From: Spirochaetales bacterium
GTDB lineage: Bacteria; Spirochaetota; Spirochaetia; DSM-2461
Length of the DNA: 64,000 nucleotides
NCBI GenBank assembly: GCA_016936115.1
Contig: JAFGPQ010000037.1
Coordinates: forward strand, 3,897 to 67,896
Direction: 5' to 3'
Made by a program: the position numbers and the translations under genes. The notes beneath the pieces are model-generated. The model did not search any database. It saw only the letters and a list, made by a program, of their open reading frames with translations, and was not told the origin of the DNA. Shown here in pieces: positions 1 to 9,343 of the stretch. How positions within the stretch are numbered: position 1 is the first letter of the stretch; the number at the start of each line of letters is the position of its first letter.

Positions 1-395
1 AGCACCGGAGAGATCTGGGTGATGCCGGAGTTGACCGCCCGGATGCTGGCGATGAGCTCCGTGGGGGAGAGATCCTTGAGCAGATAGCCCGAGGCGCCGT
101 AACTCAGGGCCTGGCGCACGTACTCGTCCTCATCGTAGGTGGAGAGCATGATAATCTTCAGGGAGGGGTCACGGGCCAGCAGTTCCTTCGTCGCCTCGAC
201 CCCGTTCATGACCGGCATGTGCACATCCATGAGAACAAGACCCGGCTCCAGGGTTCTCCACAGCTCAAGCGCCTCTTTACCTTCAGAGGCTATCCCCACG
301 ACCTCGATATCGTCGGCATAATTATGAATAAAAGTCCTGAGACTTTCTGCAAAAAGATTCTGATCATCCACAATCAGTACTTTTATCTTTCCCAT
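1..395 (-). CDS. response regulator, NarL/LuxR family (partial: receiver domain only, C-terminus lies beyond the window start)
   Basis: Own minus-strand translation from ATG at 393-395: MGKIKVLIVDDQNLFAESL...LVLMDVHMPVMNGVEAT...IIMLSTYDEDEYV, a CheY-like receiver. Its start overlaps the 3' end of the kinase gene. Confidence 0.85.
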   Translation of the reverse strand, partial: MGKIKVLIVDDQNLFAESLRTFIHNYADDIEVVGIASEGKEALELWRTLEPGLVLMDVHMPVMNGVEATKELLARDPSLKIIMLSTYDEDEYVRQALSYGASGYLLKDLSPTELIASIRAVNSGITQISPV

Positions 396-1678
396 ACTTC
401 CCCCTGTTTTTCCTTTCTGTCCAGCGGAACGGTTACATTAAGGGAGAATCCTCCCCCCGATGCATTGCTCACGCGGATCTGCCCGTCCAAATTGCCGATG
501 CGTTCCTGCATGCCCGTCAGACCGATTCCCTTCACCACCTCTTCGGCGCCCTTCCCGTTGTCCACTACGCTGAGTTTGAGTTCCCGGTGCTCCACCAGAA
601 AATGGATGGTTATGGCCGTGGCCATGCCGTGGCGGTAGGCATTGGTCAGGGCTTCCTGTATGGTCCGATAGAGAACGAAATTCAATTCCCGTGAAAAAGA
701 GTGGGGAATGTTGCCCCAGTTTACCTGTACCCGGACACCAGTCACCTGCTGAAAAATCTGTACGATCTTGTGGATGGCCCGGACCCCCTCCTCTTCGGGG
801 ATGGGAGTCTCCCGGGTCTTCCGAAGGGCCGTTCTGGTTTCTTTCAATCCCTCCCGGGCCTGTTTCCGGGCGGTGATGAGGATTTCGGAGAGCTTCTCCT
901 GATCGTCGGCGGGAATGCTGCAGGCGGCGTTGAGAAGAGCGATCAGATTGGTGAAGATATAGCCGGAGATATCGTGTATCTCCCGGCTGATGCGGTTCCT
1001 CTCCCGGTCTGACGACTCGTGGCCCACACGCTGCGCATAGGCCTGGAGATTGGCGTTGAATTCGGCCAGGGCGATCATGCTGGCCCGCTGGGTGTTGAAA
1101 TTCCGTTCCGTTATCACCCTGACATCGGCGTGGTGAATCATCATGTTGATGCAGAATGATACCACGGTGAAGAGGAAGAGCATTACCGAAAGAGCGTCCG
1201 GGGAAGCATACACCTCGGGACCGAAAAAGGAGGAGTGGCCGAAAACGGGATTGTATACCTGCCCGGCAATCATGAGCCCCGTGAATATGCCGGAAAAGAT
1301 CCAATTGTACGGTCTCTGGAGGATGATCCCCGTCTCGAGAAGCAGGGCGATGCCCAGGATGAGCTTGACCGTAAAAAAACCGGGCTGACCGTACCCCTGA
1401 ATCATAATCAGATAGCAGCGGAAAAACAGGATGATGGCGGCGCGGTAGGTGGATCTCATAAAAAAGAGAAGAAGGCTGAGCGAAAAAGAGAAGAGGCAGA
1501 AGATGAGAAAAGTCTGCCGCACCAGTACCGTATCGTCCGCAGGCTCCACAAGGGAAGGCGAAATATTCCAGACCAGGGCGTAGGAAAACAGAATCGTCAG
1601 CCCGTAGAACAGGGCTGCCCCTTTTCCGTGTTGCAGAGAGAGGAGCGGCTGGGATGTCCTGTGTTTTGACCCGGGCAT
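383..1678 (-). CDS. sensor histidine kinase, HisKA_3/DesK-NarX type with a multi-pass membrane N-terminus
   Basis: 431-aa ORF. Several hydrophobic helices, then an H-box REIHDISGY and HATPase boxes EALTNAYRHG, DNGKG, GIGLTGMQER. 13-nt overlap with the downstream regulator. Confidence 0.85.
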   Translation of the reverse strand: MPGSKHRTSQPLLSLQHGKGAALFYGLTILFSYALVWNISPSLVEPADDTVLVRQTFLIFCLFSFSLSLLLFFMRSTYRAAIILFFRCYLIMIQGYGQPGFFTVKLILGIALLLETGIILQRPYNWIFSGIFTGLMIAGQVYNPVFGHSSFFGPEVYASPDALSVMLFLFTVVSFCINMMIHHADVRVITERNFNTQRASMIALAEFNANLQAYAQRVGHESSDRERNRISREIHDISGYIFTNLIALLNAACSIPADDQEKLSEILITARKQAREGLKETRTALRKTRETPIPEEEGVRAIHKIVQIFQQVTGVRVQVNWGNIPHSFSRELNFVLYRTIQEALTNAYRHGMATAITIHFLVEHRELKLSVVDNGKGAEEVVKGIGLTGMQERIGNLDGQIRVSNASGGGFSLNVTVPLDRKEKQGEVWER

Positions 1679-1690
1679 AGGAGAAGTGTA

Positions 1691-2461
1691 CTACGGAAGC
1701 AGTATGTCTTCAATCATTTCTAACAAGCGGTCCTTTATGATTTCCCCGGTTAGGCCGCTGCCTTCTTCGCGACAGATTTTCACACACTCCGGTTCTTTGG
1801 CAATGGTTATCATTTCCGCCTGGGACACCAGTTCCCCGAAAACCTCGGAAAATTCCGATTCCAGGCTCTCTCCGGTGGTGAAAAAGTCGCAATCCAGATC
1901 AAGAATGTAACGGTCGAAAAAGCCTTCCTCCAGATTCCGGGCTTCCTCTACCGCATCGGACAGAATCCTGTCGGTCAGACCGGGTTCCGATTCCAGGGGA
2001 TACTCCACAATAGGTTCCCCTTCGTAATCGGAATCGCCGTGATACTGATAAACCCGGGGATTGGCGCTTCCCTCGTTACGGTTATGGGAGAGGACGAACA
2101 CCCTGTCGGCGATGCCCGTTCTAACGGAAAAATCGATATGCTCGTCATGGCGCAGATTGTCGTTGATGGTCCTGATTGAGAGCCTGTTATTCAGGTATCC
2201 CCGCAGTTTTTCCTGAACCAGTTCCTTCTTCCGCTCGAGACGGGACTCGCATTTTCCCGCTTTTTTCTCGCTGTCCGCCCGCCAGTAGGCGTATGTGGAA
2301 AAGGCCTTTTTCGTATCCGTATGGTAATCCAGGGTAAAGACATTGCAGGGGGGAATTCTCTCCCAGGCCTCAAGTACTCGGTTATGGGATTTGACGATGT
2401 AAACATCCTTATCCCCTATCTTCAAGTGCTCCATAAAATTAGTATAAAGACCCGAGAGCAT
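1691..2461 (-). CDS. hypothetical protein, UPF0489-like with putative metal-binding motifs
   Basis: 256-aa ORF. Motifs SHNRVLEAW, TLDYHTDT, RHDEHIDF and ILDLDCDFF resemble my recollection of the UPF0489 signature. Separated by 12-nt gaps from the XRE gene upstream and the kinase gene downstream. Confidence 0.6.
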   Translation of the reverse strand: MLSGLYTNFMEHLKIGDKDVYIVKSHNRVLEAWERIPPCNVFTLDYHTDTKKAFSTYAYWRADSEKKAGKCESRLERKKELVQEKLRGYLNNRLSIRTINDNLRHDEHIDFSVRTGIADRVFVLSHNRNEGSANPRVYQYHGDSDYEGEPIVEYPLESEPGLTDRILSDAVEEARNLEEGFFDRYILDLDCDFFTTGESLESEFSEVFGELVSQAEMITIAKEPECVKICREEGSGLTGEIIKDRLLEMIEDILLP

Positions 2462-2473
2462 TATTTCTACCGC

Positions 2474-2692
2474 CTAGGCTTTCTTATGCTCAAAAACCTC
2501 GGGAAGGGGCACATCAAAAGCCTCGGCTATGCGAAAAGCTAGTTCCAGGGAGGGGGAATAGCGTCCCGCCTCCAGGGCGATGATCGTCTGCCGGGACACC
2601 CCGGTCAGCTCGGCGAGCTGCTGCTGGGTCATCTCCCCATGGTGAAAGCGCAGGGTCCGAATGTTGTTTGTAATCCTCAGCTTCGCCGCCAT
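2474..2692 (-). CDS. XRE/Cro-C1 family helix-turn-helix transcriptional regulator (72 aa)
   Basis: [37 protein letters not shown] is a textbook HTH_3 motif. Its start shares one nucleotide with the stop of the upstream membrane-protein gene. Confidence 0.9.
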   Translation of the reverse strand: MAAKLRITNNIRTLRFHHGEMTQQQLAELTGVSRQTIIALEAGRYSPSLELAFRIAEAFDVPLPEVFEHKKA

Positions 2693-3192
2693 CAGTCACT
2701 TCCCATCCGGTATTTCACTATGCGTATGATGCTGCCGGCGGTATTTCCCAGAACAAAAGCACCCAGAACAAAGTGTATCATCAAAAGAGGTGTATAACCT
2801 GCGGCGAGGGTGACCAGACCGGCAATAAATCCAAGGACCATGATAACCTGAACAATCATCTCCGATTTCATGGAAATCAGCTTATCCCTTTCGTCTTCCA
2901 CCATTTGCGCTTTTATATTCTTCTCTATATCCCTGTCATCCATATCCTGATTCCGGATTTTTTCCCGTACGGCGATGCCGATGGCGAGAAAGATATGAAA
3001 GACGATCTGCCCGATGATCTCCAGCATAACGCCGGCTCCGATAAACTTCAGAATCGCCACGGCCCAGAGACGGTAATCCTCAGGCCCGAAAACACCGGCA
3101 TGATACTGTTTGAGAGCGAAGATGATATAGGAACCCACAATACCCAGTCCGATCAGGATACTCATGATAATCTGCTTTTCCTTGTATGACAT
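2692..3192 (-). CDS. small integral membrane protein (166 aa), first gene of the XRE operon
   Basis: Four to five hydrophobic helices. SD AGGAGG sits 6 nt upstream of the ATG. This resembles the known pairing of a small XRE regulator with a membrane protein. Confidence 0.75.
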   Translation of the reverse strand: MSYKEKQIIMSILIGLGIVGSYIIFALKQYHAGVFGPEDYRLWAVAILKFIGAGVMLEIIGQIVFHIFLAIGIAVREKIRNQDMDDRDIEKNIKAQMVEDERDKLISMKSEMIVQVIMVLGFIAGLVTLAAGYTPLLMIHFVLGAFVLGNTAGSIIRIVKYRMGSD

Positions 3193-3218
3193 ATTAACCT
3201 CCTATGTTACGTCTGCCA

Positions 3219-3229
3219 TACATAATGTA
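3219..3229. promoter_or_regulatory. inverted repeat TACAT-A-ATGTA in the promoter region of the XRE operon (candidate operator)
   Basis: Perfect 5-1-5 inverted repeat about 27 nt upstream of the ATG at 3192. On the minus strand it lies directly after a TATATT -10-like box. Confidence 0.3.
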
Positions 3230-3301
3230 ATATATTTTTAACATATAGTCAAATTTAAATTACTTTCCATTTAAAGATGGCATATGCTTTCAGGGGAATC
3301 G

Positions 3302-5326
3302 TCAGAAGAGCAACTGCTTTATCAAAAGGGCCAGTTCCTGCTTGTTGTAGGGTTTGGCAATCAATGGCACCTCAAATTCCTTTTTCAGCCGGTACATTTC
3401 ATCCGATTCGGGCAAACCGGTAGCTAGTATGACGGGCATATCCGGTGAGATTTTCCTGATGGCACGGAAACAGGCTATTCCGCTCATTTCCGGCATGTTC
3501 ACATCCAGAAGGATGATGTCCGTCCGGGGGTCCCGTTCATAGGCGGCAAGGGCGTCTTTACCGTTTTCCACGACCAGAACATCATACCCCAGTTTTTCGA
3601 GCAGCCCGGCCACGGAAGCCCTGATCACCGGCTGATCGTCCGCAAGAATGATCCTTCCCGAACCTTCCAGAGAGATATCGGACTGGTCATCGCCGGAGGT
3701 ACCGGGATCTTCGGAAAGGGGCAGGTAGATCTTAAAGGATGTGCCCACGTTCTCTTCGCTGTAAACAGAAATATCCCCGTGATGCTGATGAACGGTTCCA
3801 TAAACCGAAGCCAGACCGAGACCGGTCCCCTCCCCGTTCTTCTTGGTCGTAAAAAAGGGCTCGAAAATGCGAGGCAGAATATTTTTAGGGATTCCCGTTC
3901 CAGTATCGGAAACATCACACTCCAGATATCCCCCGGGGGGCAGGGAAATTCTATGGCGGATACGGTTCTCTTCATTGATCTCTATATTACGGGTGGTATA
4001 GGTGATTGTCCCGCCCCCGGGCATGGCATGGCTCGAGTTGACCCCCAGATTAATGAGCATATTCTCCAACATGGCGTAATCCCCCATAAGAAAATGATGT
4101 TCCCCATCCAGGGCGAGGGCGATGGAAATCCGAGGGTCCAGGGTGCTTTTCAGAAGGGTTGCCGTATCGGTCAGAAGCACGTGAAAATCCAGCGGGGCCA
4201 GCAGGGTCTCCCGGTTACGGGAAAAGGTCAGCAGCTGCCTGGTCAGTCCTTTCGCCCGGTCACTGGTATCTATGACCATCCGGTTATAGAGTTTTGCCTC
4301 CGAATTATCATCCAGACACATTTCAAGGAGTTCCGAAGCCCCCAGGATCGCTCCCAGGACATTGTTGAAATCGTGGGCGATACCGCCGGCCAGTTTCCCG
4401 ATGGCTTCCATACGTTGGCTGTGTTCCAGCTGTATCTGCAGTTTATGGGTCAGGGACACATCCCGGAAGACAAGAACGGATCCTATGATTTCCCCGGTCT
4501 GGGAACTGATGGGAGACCGGGATTCGGAGATCGTAAATACCTTGCCTTCCCGGGATGTCAGAGTATGGAGGGATTCATCAAAGACATCTTCCTCTTCCCC
4601 CTCCCGGACGGTGCGGTATACCCGGTCCAGAGGCTCCCCTATTGCCTGATCGGCAGGCCATCCGGTTAGGCGACAGGCCACAGGATTGATACGGGTGATT
4701 CTGTTATCCAGATTAATGGAAATGACTCCGTCTCCGATAGAATCAAGGGTCAGCCGGAGATCCTCCTCGGTTCTCTGACGCACGGCGACCTCTTCACTCA
4801 GCTCAGTTGTCCGCTGTTCCACCCGGCGGTTCAGGTCATTTTTGGCATTGACCAGCCGAAGGAACAGATAGAGGATAAACTGGACAAGGAGATAAATCAG
4901 CAGGGCAAAGGAGTACCGGTAAATAACCCGGTCGACTGTTACGATTCTCAGGGATCCCAGGCTCTCATCGTTTTTTCGAATCACAGAGACCAGCTCATCC
5001 TCATGAAGAATTTTCATGTTCAGCAGGAGAGGTTCAAATCCCCTTAAATTATCTCCCTGCACCATAACCACGTTCTGTACGGAAGCGTAATCATAGTAGG
5101 AGGCGGACCGGTATTTACCCAGTCTTACGGCGAATCTCAGGTATTCCTCAATCCCCTGATAATTCAAGTCCCAGGCATAGGAAGAGAGAACATTGCTGTG
5201 ATAGGAGAGGCTTTCACTGTTTCTCATATCCTTCTCCCGGTTCAGAATGAAAAGAGATCCCGCAAAAAGCAGAAAAAGAGCCGGATACAGTAATAATTCC
5301 TTTCTATTTCTCATGGAGCATACCAA
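3302..5326 (-). CDS. hybrid sensor histidine kinase (membrane sensor domain, PAS, HisKA, HATPase, receiver)
   Basis: 674-aa ORF. PAS segment [23 protein letters not shown]-box [11 protein letters not shown]-box GTGLGLASV, and a C-terminal receiver [12 protein letters not shown]. Confidence 0.9.
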   Translation of the reverse strand: MVCSMRNRKELLLYPALFLLFAGSLFILNREKDMRNSESLSYHSNVLSSYAWDLNYQGIEEYLRFAVRLGKYRSASYYDYASVQNVVMVQGDNLRGFEPLLLNMKILHEDELVSVIRKNDESLGSLRIVTVDRVIYRYSFALLIYLLVQFILYLFLRLVNAKNDLNRRVEQRTTELSEEVAVRQRTEEDLRLTLDSIGDGVISINLDNRITRINPVACRLTGWPADQAIGEPLDRVYRTVREGEEEDVFDESLHTLTSREGKVFTISESRSPISSQTGEIIGSVLVFRDVSLTHKLQIQLEHSQRMEAIGKLAGGIAHDFNNVLGAILGASELLEMCLDDNSEAKLYNRMVIDTSDRAKGLTRQLLTFSRNRETLLAPLDFHVLLTDTATLLKSTLDPRISIALALDGEHHFLMGDYAMLENMLINLGVNSSHAMPGGGTITYTTRNIEINEENRIRHRISLPPGGYLECDVSDTGTGIPKNILPRIFEPFFTTKKNGEGTGLGLASVYGTVHQHHGDISVYSEENVGTSFKIYLPLSEDPGTSGDDQSDISLEGSGRIILADDQPVIRASVAGLLEKLGYDVLVVENGKDALAAYERDPRTDIILLDVNMPEMSGIACFRAIRKISPDMPVILATGLPESDEMYRLKKEFEVPLIAKPYNKQELALLIKQLLF

Positions 5327-5327
5327 T

Positions 5328-6065
5328 TCAGGGATAATGGGGGAGCAATGCCATTATTTCCGAGTATCTCCCGTTATGTTTTAAGGTTCGAATGCCTTCA
5401 TCGAATTTATCGACAATTTCCTGAGCCCGGGGATGCTTTTTTGAAATGAGAAGGTAATAATCCTGGGATTTCAGGATTTTCGGGTGGTAGGTAAAACGGG
5501 ACGCGGCGGACTGGTCAAACAGATATGTCAGCAGATAAAGGCCGACATCTTTGGAGGCCGGGTATATATCGATATGGCCGGCGGCAAGTTTATTGAAGTT
5601 CAGCTCCTCCCGGGGAACCAGCTCAATGTTCAGCCCGTACTCAATCTGGGGCTCCATATAGGCATACCCGATTGTTCCGCCTATGCGATATTTCTGGAGG
5701 TCGGAAAAATCTGACCAATCGAAATCCAGGCTTTTCAGATGAAAGAAGACATTCTCTTCGATCAGAATGGGTTCCTGCGAGGAGAGGCAGCTTTCTTCCC
5801 GCTCAGCAGTCTGCATAAGCGGAAAGGAGCCGTCGCTGTCTCCATTCTCCACATTGCACAGACTCCTCAGCCAGGGATAATACCTATACTCCACATCCAT
5901 GTCATAGAGTACGAAGATTTCTGTTACCAATTGCTCCAGTATCTGAGAATCGGGATCCCTGCTCGAGGTATAGGGTTCCCAATCTCCAATATCAAAGGTA
6001 ATGACCTCCTGCGCCGTTAGGAAAAAACTCAGAAAAAGAAGAATCGGTATAATACACTTCTTCAT
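5328..6065 (-). CDS. periplasmic solute-binding protein, family 3 (amino-acid-binding type), co-transcribed with the hybrid kinase
   Basis: 245-aa ORF with a signal peptide MKKCIIPILLFLSFFLTAQ and a PBP type 2 fold-like sequence. Its stop lies 1 nt before the kinase ATG. Confidence 0.78.
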   Translation of the reverse strand: MKKCIIPILLFLSFFLTAQEVITFDIGDWEPYTSSRDPDSQILEQLVTEIFVLYDMDVEYRYYPWLRSLCNVENGDSDGSFPLMQTAEREESCLSSQEPILIEENVFFHLKSLDFDWSDFSDLQKYRIGGTIGYAYMEPQIEYGLNIELVPREELNFNKLAAGHIDIYPASKDVGLYLLTYLFDQSAASRFTYHPKILKSQDYYLLISKKHPRAQEIVDKFDEGIRTLKHNGRYSEIMALLPHYP

Positions 6066-6071
6066 AATATA

Positions 6072-6100
6072 ATTCTAAGAGATGGTAATAGAACATTCAA
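6072..6100 (-). promoter_or_regulatory. sigma70-like promoter TTGAAT-N17-TAGAAT, with the -10 box 6 nt from the ATG at 6065 (leaderless candidate)
   Basis: Minus strand reads TTGAAT gttctattaccatctct TAGAAT tatatt ATG. No SD is possible. Confidence 0.5.
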
Positions 6101-6117
6101 GGTTCATTCTCTGCGAA

Positions 6118-6864
6118 TTACCCCATTTCAAGAGTCTCCCCGTCTCCCGGTATCAGAATATTGCTGTTCTGTGAATTTATGACTCTCTTCAGTCTTTCCC
6201 TTGTGTCGGAGCAATGATTCAGGGAATCCATGTGGACGGCAATAATTCTCGATCCGGGAAGCATACGGCTGAGCCTTAGAATATCCCGGTTATCCATGGT
6301 CAGTTTGCCCAGGACTTTCAAGCGGGCGCCTCCCCCGTTGGCAATGATTATTTCGGGAGAGAGCATCTTTAGAATTCTCCTGGTCCTACCCGTCAGCAGG
6401 GTGTCCCCCGAAAGATAGACCCGGGATTCGGGTCCCTCTATGAAATAGGACGAACTGATTCCCAGCTTCTTCCTGAAAAGATGTCCCCCATGGTACCCCA
6501 TGAACCTTCTGACAGATAGGCCTGACCATATTGTGCGGTCGGTGATACCAGTCACACGGGTAAAGCCTAATTCCAGATAGGAGGCTCTATCCTCTTCCTG
6601 ACAGAGGAGGAGGATGTCCCGGGGGAGGACTTTTCTGGCGACTTCATCAAAGTGATCATTATGATCATGGGTGATGAGAACGCCATCGTATATGCCCAGA
6701 TCCCCATAAGCCACGGGCAGATCGACCAGAGGATTCCTTCGTGCATTACGGGAATTCACGATGGGAGGATAGGCTCCCCTCCCGGCAAAAACCGGGTCAA
6801 TGAGAATACGTTTTCCGTCGATTTCCAATATCGAGGTAGCATGTCTGAAGTGCTCTATTGTCAT
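6118..6864 (-). CDS. MBL-fold metallo-hydrolase
   Basis: 248-aa ORF with an HxHxDH motif (THDHNDHFD). SD AAGGAG upstream. Confidence 0.8.
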   Translation of the reverse strand: MTIEHFRHATSILEIDGKRILIDPVFAGRGAYPPIVNSRNARRNPLVDLPVAYGDLGIYDGVLITHDHNDHFDEVARKVLPRDILLLCQEEDRASYLELGFTRVTGITDRTIWSGLSVRRFMGYHGGHLFRKKLGISSSYFIEGPESRVYLSGDTLLTGRTRRILKMLSPEIIIANGGGARLKVLGKLTMDNRDILRLSRMLPGSRIIAVHMDSLNHCSDTRERLKRVINSQNSNILIPGDGETLEMG

Positions 6865-6924
6865 TATTTCCGACTCCTTTCAGGGGATGATAAAGGATGT
6901 AGTCGGGTACAGGGTCAATAACTC

Positions 6925-7299
6925 TCAGATGAATTTCGCAAACAGATCACAGGTTTTCCTATCTTCCCGGTTTTTAAACTGCAGCAGCTGCCTCTTCACA
7001 GAGGTCAGATTGGCGATCTGTTCATCAATATCCCGGATCTTCTGCTCGATGTATTTACCCAGACGCTCCGGTTTTTCCAGGGAATTCTGTAGAAGCTCGA
7101 AAAAGGCACCAATCTCCTTAAGGGAAAAACCGAGGGTCTTGAACCGCAGGATCAATTCCAGCCTGGATACCAATATCTCGTCATAATAGCGATAGCCGTT
7201 TCTCGGATCAATGCCTGGTTCGATGAGATTGATATTCTCATAATATCTTATTGTTTCGGGATTTATACTCAAAAAAGCTGCGACTTGTCCTCTGGTCAT
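6925..7299 (-). CDS. MerR family transcriptional regulator
   Basis: 124-aa ORF. N-terminal HTH VAAFLSINPETIRYYENINLI followed by a coiled-coil dimerisation helix. Divergent from an MFS gene. Confidence 0.9.
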   Translation of the reverse strand: MTRGQVAAFLSINPETIRYYENINLIEPGIDPRNGYRYYDEILVSRLELILRFKTLGFSLKEIGAFFELLQNSLEKPERLGKYIEQKIRDIDEQIANLTSVKRQLLQFKNREDRKTCDLFAKFI

Positions 7300-7304
7300 A
7301 CCCC

Positions 7305-7333
7305 ATTATATAGTTTTGCCTTAACTTTTTCAC
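7305..7333 (-). promoter_or_regulatory. sigma70-like promoter GTGAAA-N17-TATAAT, with the -10 box 5 nt from the merR-like ATG (leaderless candidate)
   Basis: Minus strand reads GTGAAA aagttaaggcaaaacta TATAAT ggggt ATG. Confidence 0.45.
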
Positions 7334-7352
7334 TGCCCGGGCGGCGTCCGCC

Positions 7353-7381
7353 TTGATCAGAATGATTCCATTGCCTATTAT
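7353..7381 (+). promoter_or_regulatory. sigma70-like promoter TTGATC-N17-TATTAT, 9 nt upstream of the MFS ATG (leader of about 2-3 nt)
   Basis: Plus strand reads TTGATC agaatgattccattgcc TATTAT gttcaggct ATG. Confidence 0.45.
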
Positions 7382-7390
7382 GTTCAGGCT

Positions 7391-8590
7391 ATGAGCAGCC
7401 AGAGCCCGTCGGGGAAACGCGCCCTCCTTTCTCTCTTTTCCGCCAATACCCTGTCCCTGCTGGGCAATGTTCTGTCCGAACTGGCGGTTCCCTGGTTTGT
7501 CTATGAACTCACCGGCAGCGCCACCGCCACGGCGGGCATCGTCTTTGCCGGTCAACTGCCGAATATTCTGGTGGGCCTGTTCAGCGGCCGGTTCATAGAC
7601 CGTTTCAGCGCCAGAACAGTCAGCCTCTTTACGGACGGGGTGAATTTCTTTGCGGTCGCCCTGATTCCTCTTCTCTTTCACCTGAACGCGCTGGATATGG
7701 TCCTATTGGGAATTCTCGTGTTTTTCAGCAAGGTGTTCGATACGCCGGGCCATACGGCCCGGCAGGTGATCGTCACGGAGCTGATAGAAAAACAGGGGCT
7801 GCCCCGGGACAGGGTCAACGGCATCTACTCCCTCATCGAAACTATGGCCGACCTCTTGGGGCCGGTGCTGGCGGGGCTGCTTCTAACACTTATCGGAGCG
7901 GTCTACCTGATGGCCATAGACGCGGTCACCTTCGCCCTTTCCCTGCTTATCATGGCCTTCGGATTCGGCCTGAAGCGGCATACCCGCCATGAGGACCGAT
8001 CCGCTTCCCTTCGGGATGCCTGGCGTTGGCTGATTATCACACCCCCGGTCAGAAAACTGGCCCTGTACGATGCCCTGGTGAATACGGTGGCCACCACCCT
8101 GCTGGCGGTGACTCTCCCGGTTCTTGCTAAGGAATACGCCGGCAGCAGCACGATTTACGGTTTATGGATGGCCGCCTTTGCGGGGGGAACCACTCTGACC
8201 ACCGGCTTCTACGCCTGGGCCGGCCACAGGCTTAATCCCCATACCCTGCTCAGAATCACTCCCCTCGGGCAGATTGCCGGTCTGCTGATCCTTCTGGCGG
8301 TTCTTCTGGTGAAAGGCCCCATGATTCTGGGGGCGGCCGGATTGTTTCTCTTCGGTGCCAATCTGGGCGTGGGTGGTATGATGGATGCGAAACTCCTCCA
8401 GACCCACGTCCCGGAGGACAGGCGGGGCAGCATATTCGCCGCCTTCTCTTCCCTGCGCTACACGGGGGTTCCCCTGGGGCTGTTTGTCGCCGGACGGCTA
8501 CTCGATTCGCAGGCCCTTGCCACGCTGTTTCTGTTCTTTTTTCTCTTATGCCTGATGGCCAGTGCCCTGTGGTGGCCTAGGAAGTCTTAA
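7391..8590 (+). CDS. MFS transporter (efflux type)
   Basis: 399-aa ORF with about 12 hydrophobic segments. Divergent from the MerR regulator. Confidence 0.85.
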   Translation: MSSQSPSGKRALLSLFSANTLSLLGNVLSELAVPWFVYELTGSATATAGIVFAGQLPNILVGLFSGRFIDRFSARTVSLFTDGVNFFAVALIPLLFHLNALDMVLLGILVFFSKVFDTPGHTARQVIVTELIEKQGLPRDRVNGIYSLIETMADLLGPVLAGLLLTLIGAVYLMAIDAVTFALSLLIMAFGFGLKRHTRHEDRSASLRDAWRWLIITPPVRKLALYDALVNTVATTLLAVTLPVLAKEYAGSSTIYGLWMAAFAGGTTLTTGFYAWAGHRLNPHTLLRITPLGQIAGLLILLAVLLVKGPMILGAAGLFLFGANLGVGGMMDAKLLQTHVPEDRRGSIFAAFSSLRYTGVPLGLFVAGRLLDSQALATLFLFFFLLCLMASALWWPRKS

Positions 8591-9212
8591 TCAGAACACC
8601 CACTTCAGAGAGAAAGAGTCTCCAGAAGGTTGTCTCCATCAGGATTTTATCCCCGTAATGGCATACGATCCCTTTCAGCTCATCCAGGGTCATGGGAACT
8701 TCATCATAAAAGATCCAGAAACCGGTCAGCTCGAAAATCCGGCGGAAGATGCGGTAGGACAGGGTCGGCGTGGGCACAAAAATTATGATATACCCCTTAT
8801 TGGAAACAATCTCCCGGTGCTTCCCGTAGAGCACAAGTTTTTGTGCTGGACTGAAGTGCTCTAGGACTCCCTGGCTGTGAACCAGATCATAGGTTTCCCG
8901 ATCGGAGAGGTTGAAAAAATCATCCAGATGATACCTTTTTTCACAGGGAAGCCCTTTGAGATTATCCTTAGATATATCAAGATGCTTCTTCGTATGATCG
9001 ATTACTCCCAGGTGCTTCACATTGAAATGCCTGGCGAGGCGATGTGTCAGATGGCCGGACCCGCCGCCGAATTCAAAAACCGATTCAATCTCATGGGCTT
9101 CCACCTGACCAATCAGCTTGTTATAGCCGCCCCAGGCATGCTTTATGAACCAAAGATAGACCGAATTATACCTGATGAATTTTGTATACTCTTCCCAATT
9201 CGTGCTTTTCAT
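8577..9212 (-). CDS. class I SAM-dependent methyltransferase
   Basis: 211-aa ORF with motif I VFEFGGGSGHLT. Its 3' end overlaps the convergent MFS gene by 14 nt. Confidence 0.8.
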   Translation of the reverse strand: MKSTNWEEYTKFIRYNSVYLWFIKHAWGGYNKLIGQVEAHEIESVFEFGGGSGHLTHRLARHFNVKHLGVIDHTKKHLDISKDNLKGLPCEKRYHLDDFFNLSDRETYDLVHSQGVLEHFSPAQKLVLYGKHREIVSNKGYIIIFVPTPTLSYRIFRRIFELTGFWIFYDEVPMTLDELKGIVCHYGDKILMETTFWRLFLSEVGVLIKTS

Positions 9213-9302
9213 TTCCCCTGACTTACTCCTAACCGCATAGGCAATTGTAAACCGGTTTTATGTTTTTATCAGTAACTATTTTCACTCTTCCAGGGATAAA
9301 AT

Positions 9303-9329
9303 AAAACCGCCCCGATTCGGAGCGGTTTT
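9303..9329 (-). terminator. rho-independent terminator after purA
   Basis: Minus strand reads AAAACCGC-TCCGAATCGG-GGCGGTTTT followed by ATTTTAT, 15 nt after the purA stop. Confidence 0.7.
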
Positions 9330-9343
9330 ATCATTTTTTCTTT

